DNA from: Vicugna vicugna
Lineage: Eukaryota
Direction: 5' to 3'
DNA: 64,000 nucleotides
Assembly: GCA_013265495.1 (NCBI GenBank)
Contig: MU058384.1
Span: forward strand, 4,956,792 to 5,020,791
In this document: positions 22,312 to 36,379 of the stretch, in pieces
Numbering within the stretch: position 1 is the first letter of the stretch
How the letters are laid out: every line of letters begins with the position of its first letter
Made by a program: the position numbers and the translations under genes
The notes under the pieces: generated by a model
Seen by the model: only the letters and a program-made list of their open reading frames with translations
What the model was told of the DNA's origin: nothing
Databases searched by the model: none

Positions 22312-22690
22312 CAGCGTCGTGCTGGAGCAAACCTTTGTGAGCCAATTGTTAGACATAGATGTTACTAAATGTTAAATTATATAAACTTACAATTAGATTT
22401 TAAAAGGTAATAAATATTCAAAACCCATCATTTCCTAATTATTTTACTACATTTCACTGTTAGTTATGCTCTTATGGTTATTTATCTCTATTATATCTCC
22501 ATGATGGAAATACTATGTAATACACGCAAATGTGCGTATCTTTCCAATTTTGTGTTCAGTGAAGTCATCTGTGTAGCTTGAAATTGGCTATGGTTGGAGT
22601 ATTTGCTCCACAAAAAGTGACAAGTGTTACAAATAAGGGCTTCCCTTTCCCTGGAAAACTAGTGGTTAAACATTTGCAAGAGCAACCCTG
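22312..22690. mobile_element. MER63-like hAT-Blackjack element
   Basis: gtgctggagc...tgagccaattgtta...ttcagtgaagtca...tagcttgaaattggctatgg; related to 45151-45330. Confidence 0.55.
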
Positions 22691-24593
22691 GATAAATGCC
22701 ATATTTAAGAGTTACCTGTGTGAAGGCAATAATTGTACTATAGCATGGCTGTGCTAATAGGCATTTGTATAGAGAGATGACCAAGGGAGTCTTTGGAGAA
22801 TATTTAAGAGGTTACAAATGAAGTTGAGACTGAGTGTCCTGTTGGGTGGAGAGACTTGTTGGGAAATAAAGTTTCCAGAGATATGCAAATAAATCTTTTT
22901 ATCCTTTCTTCTTTTGATAGAATTCTGTGTTTTGTCAACTGATTTTTGAAAGGTTTTCCTTTACTTTGAGAAAAAGTATTTATTGGGAAGTGACTTTCAA
23001 GTATTTTGGCCTGTGACTCACAATATTCTATTCTGTTCTATTCTAAATACATCCTGGTTAGGAACTCTCTGTTGTTTCTGTGCCCTGCTTATAGGTAGTG
23101 AACCACAGTTTGAAAAGCATTGCTGAGAGGATGAAGACCTACCTCTTTCTGCTTTAGAAAATCTGCTTTATGGAACTGCTAACTTTGCCCCAAGTGGCAG
23201 TCCTATCTTTCCAAAGCTGTGGGGGAAAGTCCTCAAAACCAGTTTACAGAAGTTATTTTCCTTTCCTCTCTTCTCACAGCTGTTCTTAGCCAATTCCTCC
23301 TCCCTCTCCATACTTCCCCCCATATGTAATAAATCTAAAATAGCTTTCAAAGTCAGTCAACAAAATAGCAAGCTTGTATTACTGGAAATTGTAACATAAA
23401 CAAAAACAATAAAACTTAGGGGCTTATTGGAGTAACAAGTGACAAGGTGCGTAAGGCAGGGTCCTCAAATGTACAGCAGGTTGCAACTCCTCTGAACTCC
23501 ACATTCTAAACCCTCAGAATGTGGAGACTGCAAGAGAGAGCTTGAAATTGCCTCCAGTCTTTGCTCTTCTGTTTTACCCCAGATTATCTAGGTCTCCCAT
23601 TTGGCTTCTATATACCTGACAGTGTTTCACAATTTGTTTTTATTGGTCAACATGAAGAGTATTTGCTCAGTATCCAGCACTGTGCTAGGCATGAACTTGC
23701 AGAAAGAACCGGGCCTTTTGATTCTTGCTCGTTCAGGGCCTCTTTTCCATTTCTGTTGTCCCCATCTTCTCCTAGATTATCATTACTTCACCATGAACTA
23801 CCATAACAGCTCAGCTCCCTAACTAGTTTTCCACTCCACAGTCAATTTCTCCCCCATCCATTCTCTCCTCACTACCAGATCAGTCTCACTGTAACTACTT
23901 TTCGCTGTTTAGTCATATGTTAAAATCCCATACCTGGCTCCCTAATGTTGAAAAGATAAGATCTGAACTCCTTCACTTGGCATCTCCGGACTTGAGCTTG
24001 CTCTGGCCTCTGTGCCTACATAGCCTTTCCCTGGGGTGATGCTACTTAATGAGGAGGATGGCTCAGGTATGGATCAATCAGAATGGACCTGGCTAAGCAC
24101 AACCTGTATAGAAAGCTCGAGTTGGCACACTGCCTGAGTGTCATTGCTTTACAACACACCAACCTTCCAACCTTATCTCCTGCTGTGCTCTGTTCACTCC
24201 GCTTCCTCCCCAAAAAACCATTGGCAATCTCAGGGCCTTTGCTTACACCATGGCTCCCTCCTGCAATGCCTTCCTTCCTCCTCTCTGCTTACATAAGTGC
24301 CCCCCTCCCCGCCAATCCCTCAGGCCCCACTGATGCCCAGCCTTTCTTCTGAAGTCCTCTAAGATGTCCCTAATCCACAGCCATCGCGCCCACCTGTGAG
24401 TTGTGTTCATGCCTATCTCCACTGCCTTTTACTGAGCGCATGGCCTGTACAGACTTCCTTTGCTATTTATTTACTTATCTCTCTCTGTGTCTTTATTGTT
24501 TATAATGTGCCTTATCTCAACTCGAGTTTTGATTATAACCTAGAGGTGAAGGGCAGTATCTTCTATCTTTCTGTATACTCAATTCCTGGGAAT

Positions 24594-24718
24594 GGGGGCA
24601 GGGTATAGCTCAGTGTAGAGAACATGCCTAGCATGCACAAGGTCCTGGGTTCACTCCCCAGTACCTCCATCACAAATAAATAAATAAACAAATAAGTAAA
24701 TAACCTACCCCCCCCATA
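24594..24718 (+). mobile_element. Camelid-type tRNA-derived SINE (Vic-1-like)
   Basis: ggggcagggtatagctcagtg (A box), gggttcactcccc (B box), (AAAT)n tail. Imperfect TSD tatactcaattcctggg / tatactcacttcctgag. Confidence 0.85.
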
Positions 24719-25484
24719 TATACTCACTTCCTGAGCACAATCTTGAGCACAAGGATGTCCATAAATGTTCATGGTGCTCATGACAATTGATGAGGTATTA
24801 GCTGGAGCTGTTGTGTGTGTTGCTTTTTAAAAAATACACTTAATACCTTGTATTTGGGTTTTAGAGTTTACAACAGGCTTTTGTTGTATTATCTCATTTA
24901 ATCTCCAGTTCTTGTCTTTCTACCTGTGGTTTTTCCCCTCCTTGATATTGTTTTCCCCATTTTTGGGTGGGGATAACAGGTTGAGAGTGGCAAAGTGCCC
25001 AAGGTGATACAGATAATACATTGAAGAGCTGGGCTTGTTTAAATCCAGGGTTTTTTAATTCCAAATCCTGTGTTCTTTCCACTACTCTATGGTAGCCCCC
25101 AACTGTTCATTCCTGCCGTGTTATGTTCCTGTAATTCTTCTCAAATTGTGAATCCCTCAATTTCTGCCCTCAGTAAAGGTTAATAACCTTATAAATTATA
25201 TCAGCACCATCATTTTAATCTTAGTAGTAGTGCTTTATTTTACATGAATTTTATTTTTTCCTTTCCTACTCTATCATTATATTTTTATCTCTATTTACCT
25301 AATATATCTTTATGTAGTGTTGAGTTCTATTCCTTTAACTCAAGGAGCCATTCATTTTGAAACTAGTCATAAACTCAATGAGTAAATGAGTGTTTAATTC
25401 CAGCAAATATGAAAAGCTTTCTTAGTCTTTGTGAAAACCATTTGGTAAGAACTGGCATCTTTTCACTAGTATGTCTTTTTCCTC

Positions 25485-25580
25485 CCTTCCTTCCTTCCTT
25501 CCTTCCTTCCTTCCTTCCTTCCTTCCTTCCTTCCTTCCTTCCTTCCTTCCTTCCTTCCTTCCTTTCCTTCTTTCTTTCCT
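25485..25580. repeat. (TTCC)n tetranucleotide microsatellite
   Basis: Read directly; it gives rise to the spurious RKEG-repeat ORF. Confidence 0.97.
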
Positions 25581-27439
25581 GAATCCACAGATTTAAAAAA
25601 TGAAGTTCTTTCTGCCTCCAGAACAAGAACAGGGGAATAGCTTTAAGGTAGTTATTACATTTCTTTGGCTCTAGAAGTCAAGAGGGCTACATAACTTAAA
25701 ATGTGAACCATGTTTGAATAAAATGTACCAGAACTCTACTCTTTCCATTTAAATTTACGCTAGAAATATAGAAAGTTTGTGGAGGTGTGGAAGTGTAAAA
25801 CCAATAGTATAGCACTGTGACATCTATAGAGATTATTTATTCTGATTTTCTTTTTGGTATTAGTAATTGTTCTAAGGAAATAAATAAAAACAGTCAATTG
25901 GCTTATGAAAAGTATCTATTTCCAGAATTATCTTAATTTGGCTTAAATACTGGTGTTAAGCAAACATTTCACTTTTTGTGAAGAAAATAGCCTCTAAAGA
26001 AACTATATCAAATTGCTTATAATCTTTTGTACTATTCTGAAAAAAGTTCCAAAGTGCTAGCCCTGCTGGGAGCTTGGGGAAGCTCATTTAATCCTATTTT
26101 TGTTTAGAGCCTGACGGAGAGCACTTTTGCAACCGAAAGGTAATATTTTGTTTGAAAAATGTTAAGTATATGAAAGTTCTATACAATTTCTACTTTATAT
26201 TTTAGTTTAGATTACATATAGTTTCTTTTCTGAAAATCTTAGTGGTGATTTTTCTTTTAAATAACTGGAAGTTAAAGATATAGGGTGATTAAAGAGCAAC
26301 ACATATGCAAAATACTTTTAGAAATATGATGTTTTTATCTTCAGGCTATTACATTTTTAAATTAACAATTTGATATGTATCAATATGTGAAGTAAGTGTT
26401 ACTAATGCTTAAAAACGTTTGAAAAAATCTCACGGCAGTGTACTTAAAGATATCAGCAGTATGTAACTATCAGAATTTTCATGGTGATAATATTGATTCA
26501 GATCCCAAGAGCATTTCATAGTAAAGAGGTTTCTTTGAAAAAGTAACGTGGGAACAGATTTTATTAATGCAAAACCTGATGCGGTTCCTCGTAGTGGTAT
26601 ACAATCTCGTGCCATGTTATGGATTTATTGGTTTCTTTTGAAGACTGTCAACAGGTTTTGCTTAGAATGACTCATTCAAAAGAACATGCCAAACAAAGTT
26701 TTGAAATCAGAATAGGCTGGGTTGTTGGTGTTCTCTCTCAGTGAAAGGCATCGCCACCCTTTCAGTTAGTTAAACCAGGCACTTGGGAGTCACCCTAAAC
26801 TCTCTCTGCCCCCACATTCAACCAAGCACAAATTCTTGTTAAATTTACCTCCTTAAATAGTTTCCCTCCTTTTTATCCCTTCTACCGCCACTTCAGTTTA
26901 GATACTTAACAACTCCCTGATGCTGGGCTAACCTCCTTAAAAGCCATTCTCCTCACAGTTCTCAGAAAAATTTGTAAACATCCATAGGCTTCTTTGGCTA
27001 AAATCCTGTTTACAGCAGTGGCCCTGGACCAGAATATCAGGATCATCTGGAAACTGTTTGCAGACTATGCACACCTCCCTCACCACCTCCACCACTGTCC
27101 CCTTCACCCTGAAAAACAGCCTACCTACAGGTTAAAGATCAAAATCCTTAGCATTACATCTAAGCCTCTTAGTGGCCTCATATCATGCTTCTGCCGTCAT
27201 AACAGTCCACTGCTTATGTGCCACCACGTGTGCCGGGAGGGTCTGTGCCCAAGCTCGTTCTGATCCTCTGCTTGAGGTTCTCCTCTCATCCTTCTTTGGT
27301 GACTAATTGCTGCTTGTCATTCCAGCCTCAGGTTAGAGGCCTCCTACTCAAGAAATCTTCATGGCACTCTGAATCAGTCCCTCTCGCAGGGTACTGACAG
27401 GATGTCCAACCTTTGTTCTGTTCTGCCTGACCCTCTGGA

Positions 27440-27640
27440 ACAGTGGCTCTCATATTTCAGTGACTTAAAGATTGCCATTCAACATGCAGATTCCTAAGTA
27501 ACTATGTCCAGAGGGTAAACAGATTCTAGATTCAACAGATCCTAATTCAATAGGGGTCTCTAGCATCCAGGAATCTGCATTTTTGATAAGCAGACTCTGT
27601 GACGCTGAATCGATGGTTTATGATAAGCACCTCAGAGACC
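27440..27640. mobile_element. MER5-like element (approximate bounds)
   Basis: cagtggctctca...atgcagattcct...ccaggaatctgcattttt. Confidence 0.55.
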
Positions 27641-28037
27641 TCAGAGCATTTTGGGTTCTATTAACCTGCATGTAACAAGTCATTTTCACTTTGTAGATAT
27701 TCCATAATATGTGAGGCACTGAATTAGACTGACCACAGCTTTTAATTCAAGAGTTATGTCAATTTCAGGATTTTTTTTTAGGTCTTTTGCCTGTCCTTCC
27801 ATTCCTACCTCACCAAAATCCCCCTAAACCAAACAAAAACCTCTACCACCACCACCAACAAAAAACACAGTCTTGCCGTATGTCTTGCTGTCTCAGAAAA
27901 AGTAGCATCCTTTATAGATCTTAGTAATGAAGAATCCGAGACTCAAGCCAGTCAAAAATTAAAATTTATCAATAAAATGAAAAGCGATATTATCTGTAAT
28001 TTTTCCCAGTTACAAAAAAATTGAATTTTCTGTAGAG

Positions 28038-28527
28038 AAGTGCTGGCAAATAAAATTTAATGCCAGCCATATAGATATACTTCAAAAATTTTTGAGGCTG
28101 CATTTTTAAAAAGTAAAAAGAAACTGATAACCCTAATTGTAGTAATATTTTTATTTAACCTAAGATATCTAAAGTATTATCATTTTAATGCCCAATCAAT
28201 AATAAAAATTATTAAGAAGATACTTCGCATTCTTTTTTTGGTACTTATAGAACATCTCAACTCAAACACTAAATTTTTGTCAGAAAAAGTTGATCTCTTA
28301 TGAGAAATCACAAAATGTATAATTGAAAAAGTTAATTTACATAACCAAGTTGTTTCAGATGTACTTAAAAGTTCTCCGGTAACTGAAGCGTCAGGTTTTA
28401 AATTTAATATTCAATAAATTAAAAACATAATTAGAATTTAAAATTCAGTTCCTCAGACACACAAGTCACAGTTTAATTAATCAATAGTCAAATATCGCTG
28501 ATGGCTACTCTATTAGACAGTATAGCT
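28038..28527. mobile_element. MER33/Charlie-like hAT element (approximate bounds)
   Basis: aatattttta tttaacc...aaattcagttcctcag...tggctactctattagacag. Confidence 0.6.
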
Positions 28528-28739
28528 ATAAAACATGGAATTGTTCAAGATCAGATACTTATTAATAAGCTGTCTTCAAGCTTTTCATGCTCACCCTCAT
28601 CATTCTTTTAAAGATTAAATTTGCAGAATTCTGAATGCTGAAAATAAGGAAAAATTTCCCAATAGATTCCATTTAGATTATTTAACATTAGAATTTTACT
28701 TGACTAGTTAACATTTTGCCTTATTAAGTGAATGAGTCA

Positions 28740-29230
28740 GTGATAGGAGGCAGAGCAGCATGAAGGCAGAAATACATACCTGAGTCAGAGTCAGAGACCC
28801 TGAGGTGTCGTAGCACTCCTAAACAGACTGTGTAACTTTGAGTAAAATGCCTAGCTTTGTAAAATGTCTAATATTTAAGCCTATATCTTCATCTGTGTAA
28901 CTATTATTTCTATTATATAGAAATAGAAGCGAGGATCAAATGCGTAATGTATGTCAAAATGTTTCATAAACTGCTAGATCATTTACTATGAGAACACAAA
29001 TATGGTTTACAACTATTAAATTAACAGCTGCCACTTATTAAGCATTTTCAATATGGCAGGCCTTTTGTGGGCTAACTGTAATCCTCAAAGCATCCTTGCC
29101 AGGTAGGTGATAAGATCTTCATTTGACGGAGAAGGAAACAGCGTTGAGAATTTAAGTACATGTGCAAAGTTACGTGACCTTTAGAGCTCAGACCCAGAAT
29201 TTGAACTCAGGCCCTTTTCACCCCAAACCC
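28740..29230. mobile_element. Two adjacent MIR remnants in opposite orientation (approximate bounds)
   Basis: Forward core cttcatctgtgtaa...gaggatcaaatg; reverse core catttgacggagaaggaaac...aatttgaactcagg. Confidence 0.5.
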
Positions 29231-32200
29231 TATACAGACTTTTCCAGAAACTTTACAACCTTCCCCTGCTTGAAAAAAATAAAGAGGTGAAATTTCTGAA
29301 TTTCTTTTTAATGAAATAAGATAACGAAATGAAATGAAGTGTTAATGAAATAAGATAATCCAATTCTGGGTTTTGGAAATAATGAGTGGTGAGCGTAGAA
29401 AATAACTCATTTTGAGAGGGGTTGCAGAATTTCAGGCCTAGAAGAAAGCTAACTCACTACAACAAGCAGAACGCAGACTAACTCCACAGAGATTTTTGAA
29501 TAAGGATTCACTCCACATGATTTCCCAAAAAAAGAGTATGAGACCTTCTGAGGTCAGTAATTATTGGCATTTCTGGCTTTTGAGTCATGCCTGGAGCCAT
29601 GAAGTTAGTTGTCAGTGATTAGGCATACACTTATTGAAGAAAACAGCTGGGGGTCAGTAGTGCTGCGATCAGGTTTCATGTAAATCTAAAAGCTTTTCTT
29701 TTATGGAAAACCTGACTTGATGTTCTGAGAAGAAAGGGAATCAACAACTCAAACTGTCAGAAGTGACAAGTGCTGAAGTTAGCTACTTCCAAAAATCAGA
29801 AAGGCAATGCTTGAATTATCCTGACTTGTTTCGATAACCCGCTCAATCCCCTATTTGTACCCAAAAGGATGCAAGACAGCACCAGTAATGCGGCTTACAA
29901 AATTTGCTTTGGTATAGTAGGAATAAATTGTATTTGCCTTTTATTTTTGCTTCTGGGATTTAGAAAATAGTTTCCAGGGTTCAGAGCAGAGTGCCGTGTT
30001 GGCCATATTCACATAAACAGAGCGTCTTATCACTTCTTTGGGGGCCAACAAACATTCCATCAGGATTTACTCTATGATGACCACGGTAGACTGGGACACC
30101 CCATCGACCTCCTCCTCAGAAGAGAGTCTCTCTGCTGCCACAGCCACTGGCCCCATCTCCTGGGTGCTGGGCAGGCCAGGGCTTCCTTCAGCGTGTTCCC
30201 CAGGCAGCAAAGAGGGCAGCACTACTGGAAGGCCTTGATCACCTTCCTTAGGGTCAGCAGGAAAGGGATCAGCAGCAAAGTGACAAAGCTGAAGGTCAGC
30301 ACAGCTGCCAGCAAGTCCTTCAGCATTGGTCGCAAGATGAATGTGACAAGTCCCTGACTTGCTCAGTGTGGGGAGACCAGCATGTTCTAATGATCATACA
30401 AGGTGTTTGAAGTTCTGTGGGAGAGAGCTTAGGTTATCCATTATTAGACATCAACCAGAGAAGATGTTGGTGAAGACCTGCACTGTATCACCTAGTCTAA
30501 TGTGTTCTCAGTAGACTGGCCTGTCCAAAGGTTTCCCATCTACCTGACACTTAGTAAGCCTAGGGTGATGCCAGATTCCTGTTCAAACTGTTGCTTTGAA
30601 TTAAATGACCATAGTGATCCATATGTAACTATTACCTCTTAGTGTGCATTCAATTTTGAGTTGGAAGTTTGGTTGAGAATAGGCTCAGATTAGACACTAT
30701 AGTGACAGACCTCATTCAGTAGGAGAGAAATCCTAGTGAGTGTACCTCATTCGGTGGCCTTGAGCAGAAGCCTAGAATTAACCTGGCTTTTTCAGTTTTG
30801 TCTAGTTCTTCCTCTGCCACTAATAAATACAGTACCCATCACAGGCACATTGTATTCAGCATGTTGTAAAATGTTTAAAAATTAAAAAAAATTTTTTTTC
30901 CTTCAAAGGCATGTGCTTTTTTGGATATGATTGAAATCTTTAAAATTAGACATGAGACTTTTATTTTTCTTAATGTAAACAGTCATGCTGAGGCCACTTG
31001 AACTACTGTGTGAAGATAACTACCTACCTGAGGTGAGTTAATCCACTGATGGTATCAGCTACTCTGTTTGTAGTCCAATATCCCGGGATAAACTCTGTGG
31101 CCAGGCATGTGATCCTAAAGTCTTATTTACTCTGGTTGAGCAAGAGATTAGCTCCTGAAATTACTTGCCAGAAGGACAGAAACTTCAAGTCAGTATGAAA
31201 AATGCAGTTTTCACATTGCTTTTCCACCTCATTATAGATCTAAAAGAACCTTGATTTTGGAGGTAGTGTTGCACAGCCTCACTGAGAACTTTCAGATGAG
31301 ATCATGGCGTGGCTGTCACCAAGTGGAAGAGAAGCAGCAGATAGTTTCTGGGAAATTTAGATCCCTTCTCTAAGGCTGGTGCAGTATCTCCTGCCCAGAT
31401 GCTCTGTTTATTGAGTTACAGCTTTGGAGGTGATGCTCTTAGGGATTTGGTAAATGGGTTAAGATCTCTCCTATTTTGTTTTTGTCTTCCTAGCCAGCCC
31501 CCTAGACTCTGCTGGGGTTTATTTGGAAAGCAACCTGTCTTCAGAGCCATGCTTCACGTTGAGAAGACCAGATTGCTCTGAAGGTAGGTGGATCCTGAAG
31601 TGAGGGCAGAAGCCGACAGCCTGGAGCCTGCAGAGAGAACTGCTGTGGCTGCCTCACTCGAGGGGCCAGATGTGATGACAACACCGCAGGATCAGAGAGA
31701 CAGTGTTACCTCCGGATATGCTGGGAAAGAGCTTATCCATATAAAATATTCTGAGTCTGTATGAAAATTCATCAAAAAGAGGGAGGATGAGGGGAGTGGA
31801 ACAAGCAATATTTGTAGTACTTGTGTACTAAAAGTTGGTCTGATTTCTGACCAGTGTTTGCCTTAAAAGTATTGCCAGTATCCTATACTACACATTATTG
31901 TCAGCCATGATTTCCTTTCATTAATGATTTTTGGTTGATTTTTCATTTTTTTGCCCAACAGGTCCTAACAGACTACACTCACAATCCAATATATATTGAA
32001 AATTCAAAGAGTATTTTGGGGGTTCCCAACCTAGGCCTGTGAGTAGACTTCAAGGGACAGTTGAAGTTGCATTTAAAGTATAATGAATATATTCATTTCA
32101 TTTTTAAAGGGGAGAATTTCCATAGTAATCATTAGATTCATGAAGTCATTGGAGGACCCAAAAAGTAAGGTATGTTATTATGTGTCATTTTGTGGAATGA

Positions 32201-35079
32201 GTTTAATTCTGCCTCAGGAAATGAAGCTGAAAGAAGGCAGAAATCATAATAATTCAAATCTAATTTTTAAATAACCATTTAGTCCATAAATGTGAATTTG
32301 ATGAAACCTTAGTCAAGTATGTTATTTCTACAGACAAAGATTAGAGACAAATGGAGGTACTGTATTTCATAATTATTAAAGATAAAATCACGTGCTTTCC
32401 TCCAAAACTTAGAAATTTCTGCTTCAAAGAATGAGAACTTTTACAAGATAGATGTTGATTTCCAAAAAAGATGAAACTTCGTGCAAGATTTTGGTATCAG
32501 AACAAAGTTAACCTTTTCCTCTCCCCAGAAATAAACATTAAACTAAAGAGAATCAGAATTCTAGTCATAAGCTTTTATTTTTTGCCCTTGAAGAACTGAA
32601 AGCTTTCTCTGTTTGTTATTTTCTGAGGGAGGGGGTTTCCTGTGTGTCTTTCTGAAGCTCTGGGGATCCCCTCATCTTTTTGGTCCTAGTTACCTTTTCC
32701 TTCATAGCAAGCATCCTTTGAACCAATAAGGGCTTTTCTGGCCATCATTTGCCATCCTCTGGCCGAGCTGTCTGCATTTTTTTTCCTTCACTGAATCAGG
32801 ATTCTGTTTCCTGGTATAGGCTTGAAGTACCTCCAAATGCAGCCTGCAGGGCCCGCCTCAGGGGGAGGCAGAAACTGTCTGATTTGAAGGGATAAGAGAC
32901 TGGTTTCTCAGCCTCCCAAATCATGCTTACGATGTCTGAGGTTCTGTCTTTGAGATTTTTACTCTTCTTATGTTTCTAGCCTTTAAAATGCAGTCTTACC
33001 TGGGAATCCTATCATTAATCTACTATTTTGGCTAGGGGCATTGGGTCAGCTACTCATAGGCACGGAGGAAAGATGTTGGTTGCTAGGTACATGAGGGAAC
33101 AGGTGGGGGCCAGTCCAGCATGGGAGGCAGACATGTCCTCCTGCTGGGCCTTGGCTGTGCCTCTGCCAGGGGAAGAGCTCAGGGTTCAAGCTCTGCCCAC
33201 TCCCACTGCAATTCCAGGAATGACCACTAGGGATTTGGGTCCAATTTGGGTCTTGCCAATTTGCGTTCTATCCAAGTTGGTAATAAAGGAAGTCTAAAAT
33301 CTGTATCTTTTTCAAACCATTACGTGTATGAAAGATACATTTTTCTTTCATGCCTGAGATCTTGAACTTTAAAAATCACAGGTGGTGTTTTAAATGGATT
33401 ATTAGTGCCGAGAGCTTTATTGTAATTCAATAAAGAATTCTATGTCTCCATTACACAGACCAATGACACCTCCAGACATATTTACAGTAATTTTCCCAGC
33501 TGATATAGTTTAATTAATGATATAAGGACATAATTACATGTTTCAGTGGTCTCTCACATATTTACAGGAACTGCTGTAACTAGCTTAATTAGAGTCATTA
33601 TGTAAATAGCTGATAATGCCCAACAAATTACAGAAAAAAAATCTCCTAGAGTCTAGTATATTCAGTTTCTAAGCAAGCTTATAAAAGGAAAACATTTACA
33701 TCTGGGGATTAAAGTTAAGACTATCTGGCCTCTAAATTTTGTTGTTCCTAAAGCAGGCAGAATGTAACTGTTGGAGGTTTAACAGTTAACTTTCTTCCTT
33801 TTGTAGTTCTGTTGCAGACCTCATGTCCGTTGTTGTTCTATGAAATTGCTCATTCTGCTTTGCCACTGGCTCGAGTTTCACGATGAGTTTTCTGTCATGT
33901 TGGGTAGTATGCTGCACTCACTGAGAACTGGAGAGGGTGCTTAGAGAAACAAACCTCTCACCCCTGTTTCGTTTCCTTTCTTGTCCTTTCTTTAACTGAT
34001 ACAGTCTTGTTTCCATCACACTCACGCACAAAGATGTTTCTCTGGATCAGGCTCTAAGTCCTCCTTCTGAAGTTCAACACACATCTCTAGTCTATAATTG
34101 AAGTGCTGCTGTCAAGTTCTAACTCTGGTTTGCCCACTGCTCAGTTCCTTTTGATGTCGCCTTTCCTATTGAAGTGATCAGCTTCTTAGTCCCTAGGAGG
34201 AAGCAAGAAGCTCCTTTTAAAGTGAAATAATGCCCCTCCTTAATCAGCTGGTGTGTTTCCGATGATTGACATCAGGCACGCCCTCTCCCTTTACTTTCGA
34301 AGACGACTGGATCCATGTCACGGTGCTTCTTGTGTAAGAAGACCTCAGGAAACAGAGCAGAGCCGAAAGAAATATCAGCCTGAAGTAAAGGATAGGGTCA
34401 AGTTTTAATTATAATTTGCGCAAATTAATGACTCCAGCAGGCTTTGCACCTTCCTCCTCTTCCTAGCTTTTCGGGCTTTCCTCTGCCCTGCCTGATTTCC
34501 CACTGTCTCACCACAGACAGCCTCTCCTTCAGTCAGGCCGGTCTCTTGACTGTCCTGTGAATACATTCCAGAACCTACAAGTTCTTTTCCTTTTCATAGC
34601 CTGTTTTTTCTTCTGGATTTTACCCACTTCTGAGGCCCTTCTCAAGTTCACCTCCTGCACAAAGGCTTTCATTACAATGGGTTTTTTTCTCTTCCAGGAC
34701 ACAGTCTACATCATGTAAATCAATGAATTCTGCACTGTACTGTGCTCCTGGGGGAAAGAGGACTGTGTCTGATACTTCTTTACTCTCTACCAGTTCCTAT
34801 CCTGGTGTGGGTTCCACAGCAGGCATTCAGCAAATTCTCATTCATGGACTCAAGTGTATTCAGTCAGGATCCCTGCAGTTGGCTGTGCAGGCTGTGTATG
34901 CACAACTCTAGGGGGCACCATCCAAAGTCAACTTTGCAATGCTTTTTACTGTTACAAGATGTCTGCCCCTTTCTTCTCAGTGCCTCTTGCTGCAGTCACT
35001 GCTGTCTTTAGCTCAAAGCCCTGACCAACTTAGTCTTACTCTGCTGAAATCTGGAATTAGTCAATTCACCTCCACAGTA

Positions 35080-35700
35080 AGATCCAGTGTCCTCCCTTAA
35101 TAAGTTCACAGGCTAATAGGAACACAGACATAGAAATACATAACTGCTAAATGTTTTGATATATGGAATGATAAAGGTATGCGGGAATTACAGAAGTGGT
35201 GTAGGGGAGGAAATAATATGTAGATTATTTGTATAATCTACAAATTAGTTGTAGAATTAACAAGACTAATTGGAGGTTGAGTTGAGAAAGAGGTGGATGA
35301 AAGAGTTTAGGGTCATTCCTAGGTTTCTGGTTCTGGAGACTTCGTAAATGAGGATGCATCTTGTAGGGGATGAAATTCTGGATAAAGAGGAGAGGGTTTG
35401 GAAAGAAAAATAATAGCTTGGGATGTGTGGCTTTTGAGAGGCCTATGAGAGATGGGAATGCCCAGTGAAGTATTATTTTTGTTAGTACCAAGAAATGGAA
35501 AAATGAGGAGCATCAATTTCATCCTCAGTATATGGGTGTTGTTTGTGTCAGGTGTTTGAGCGCCAAGAGAGAGAGTTAGGTTGAGAAAGGGAAGGGGCCA
35601 AGAAGAGAGTTCCCCAGAGTTCCTGATGGGAAGGAAAAGCTAGCCAAGAGCAGAGTATGGGCAGAAAAGCCCCAGGACCTCAAGGTGTCACAGACCAAGT
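35080..35700 (-). mobile_element. Degenerate L2 fragment (approximate bounds)
   Basis: Purine-rich L2-like text: taggtttctggttctggag, gcttttgagaggcctatgag. Confidence 0.45.
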
Positions 35701-36379
35701 TATAACTGAGGATCTTGCTTTAATAAATCGATAGAAATGATTTCTAACAAGCACAACCAAATGTCAATGTAAGCATAATATTTTCTTTGCACTTGAAACA
35801 AATGGGTAAACACTTCCTTTCTAAACTTTTTTTTTACATTATTTATTTGTATAGTAAATCCTTTAGTAAGTTGCTATCTGTTCAATGGAAAAGTTAGGAT
35901 TAAATAATAAAGCAGGTGTCCCTGAAATGCCTATGGAGAGTAGGTTGAGGTGTAAGAACTGACAGTAAGGTGAGATCATCAAGGCCTATTGGCGGGTGAG
36001 TAGGAGGCAGAATTGCTCATCTTTGTTCACAGCCCTGCCCCAGGCCAGCTTCCTGTTGTAGTGTGTTGTGCTTGGCATCCTTGACCTTGAAGCCCCTTGC
36101 AACAAACTATCATAACCCATCCCCTTCCATTTCCATGTTCTTTTTCTCTGGTATCTTCTGCCCTGCTTGTTCTAAGTCTGTTTTAGGTGTTTATCTCATT
36201 GGTGCTTTACAGTTTCTTACAAATGGCTTTAAATGTCTTCTATATTTCTATGTATTTTTGATTCTGAAGTTTTATCTCCAGTTTGGAGCTGTCTCTTCAT
36301 ATCCAGATTCAGGTAGCGAAGTGCCTGGTTCTCATCTTTGGACCCATCCAAGTCTTTCCTTTCTCAGTAAAGGACAACT

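Noticed and set aside
24594..24670. tRNA-like sequence with A and B boxes (also 47922-48064, 49740-49906, 56871-56932, 58190-58346)
   Set aside because: SINE heads with A-rich tails (and TSDs in the full copies); no convincing cloverleaf, so not tRNA genes.
25375..25626. ORF with RKEG repeats
   Set aside because: Translation of the (TTCC)n microsatellite.
30206..30220. AGAGGGCAGC CTCF-like core
   Set aside because: The 5' half (AGCAA) does not fit CCASY; too weak.
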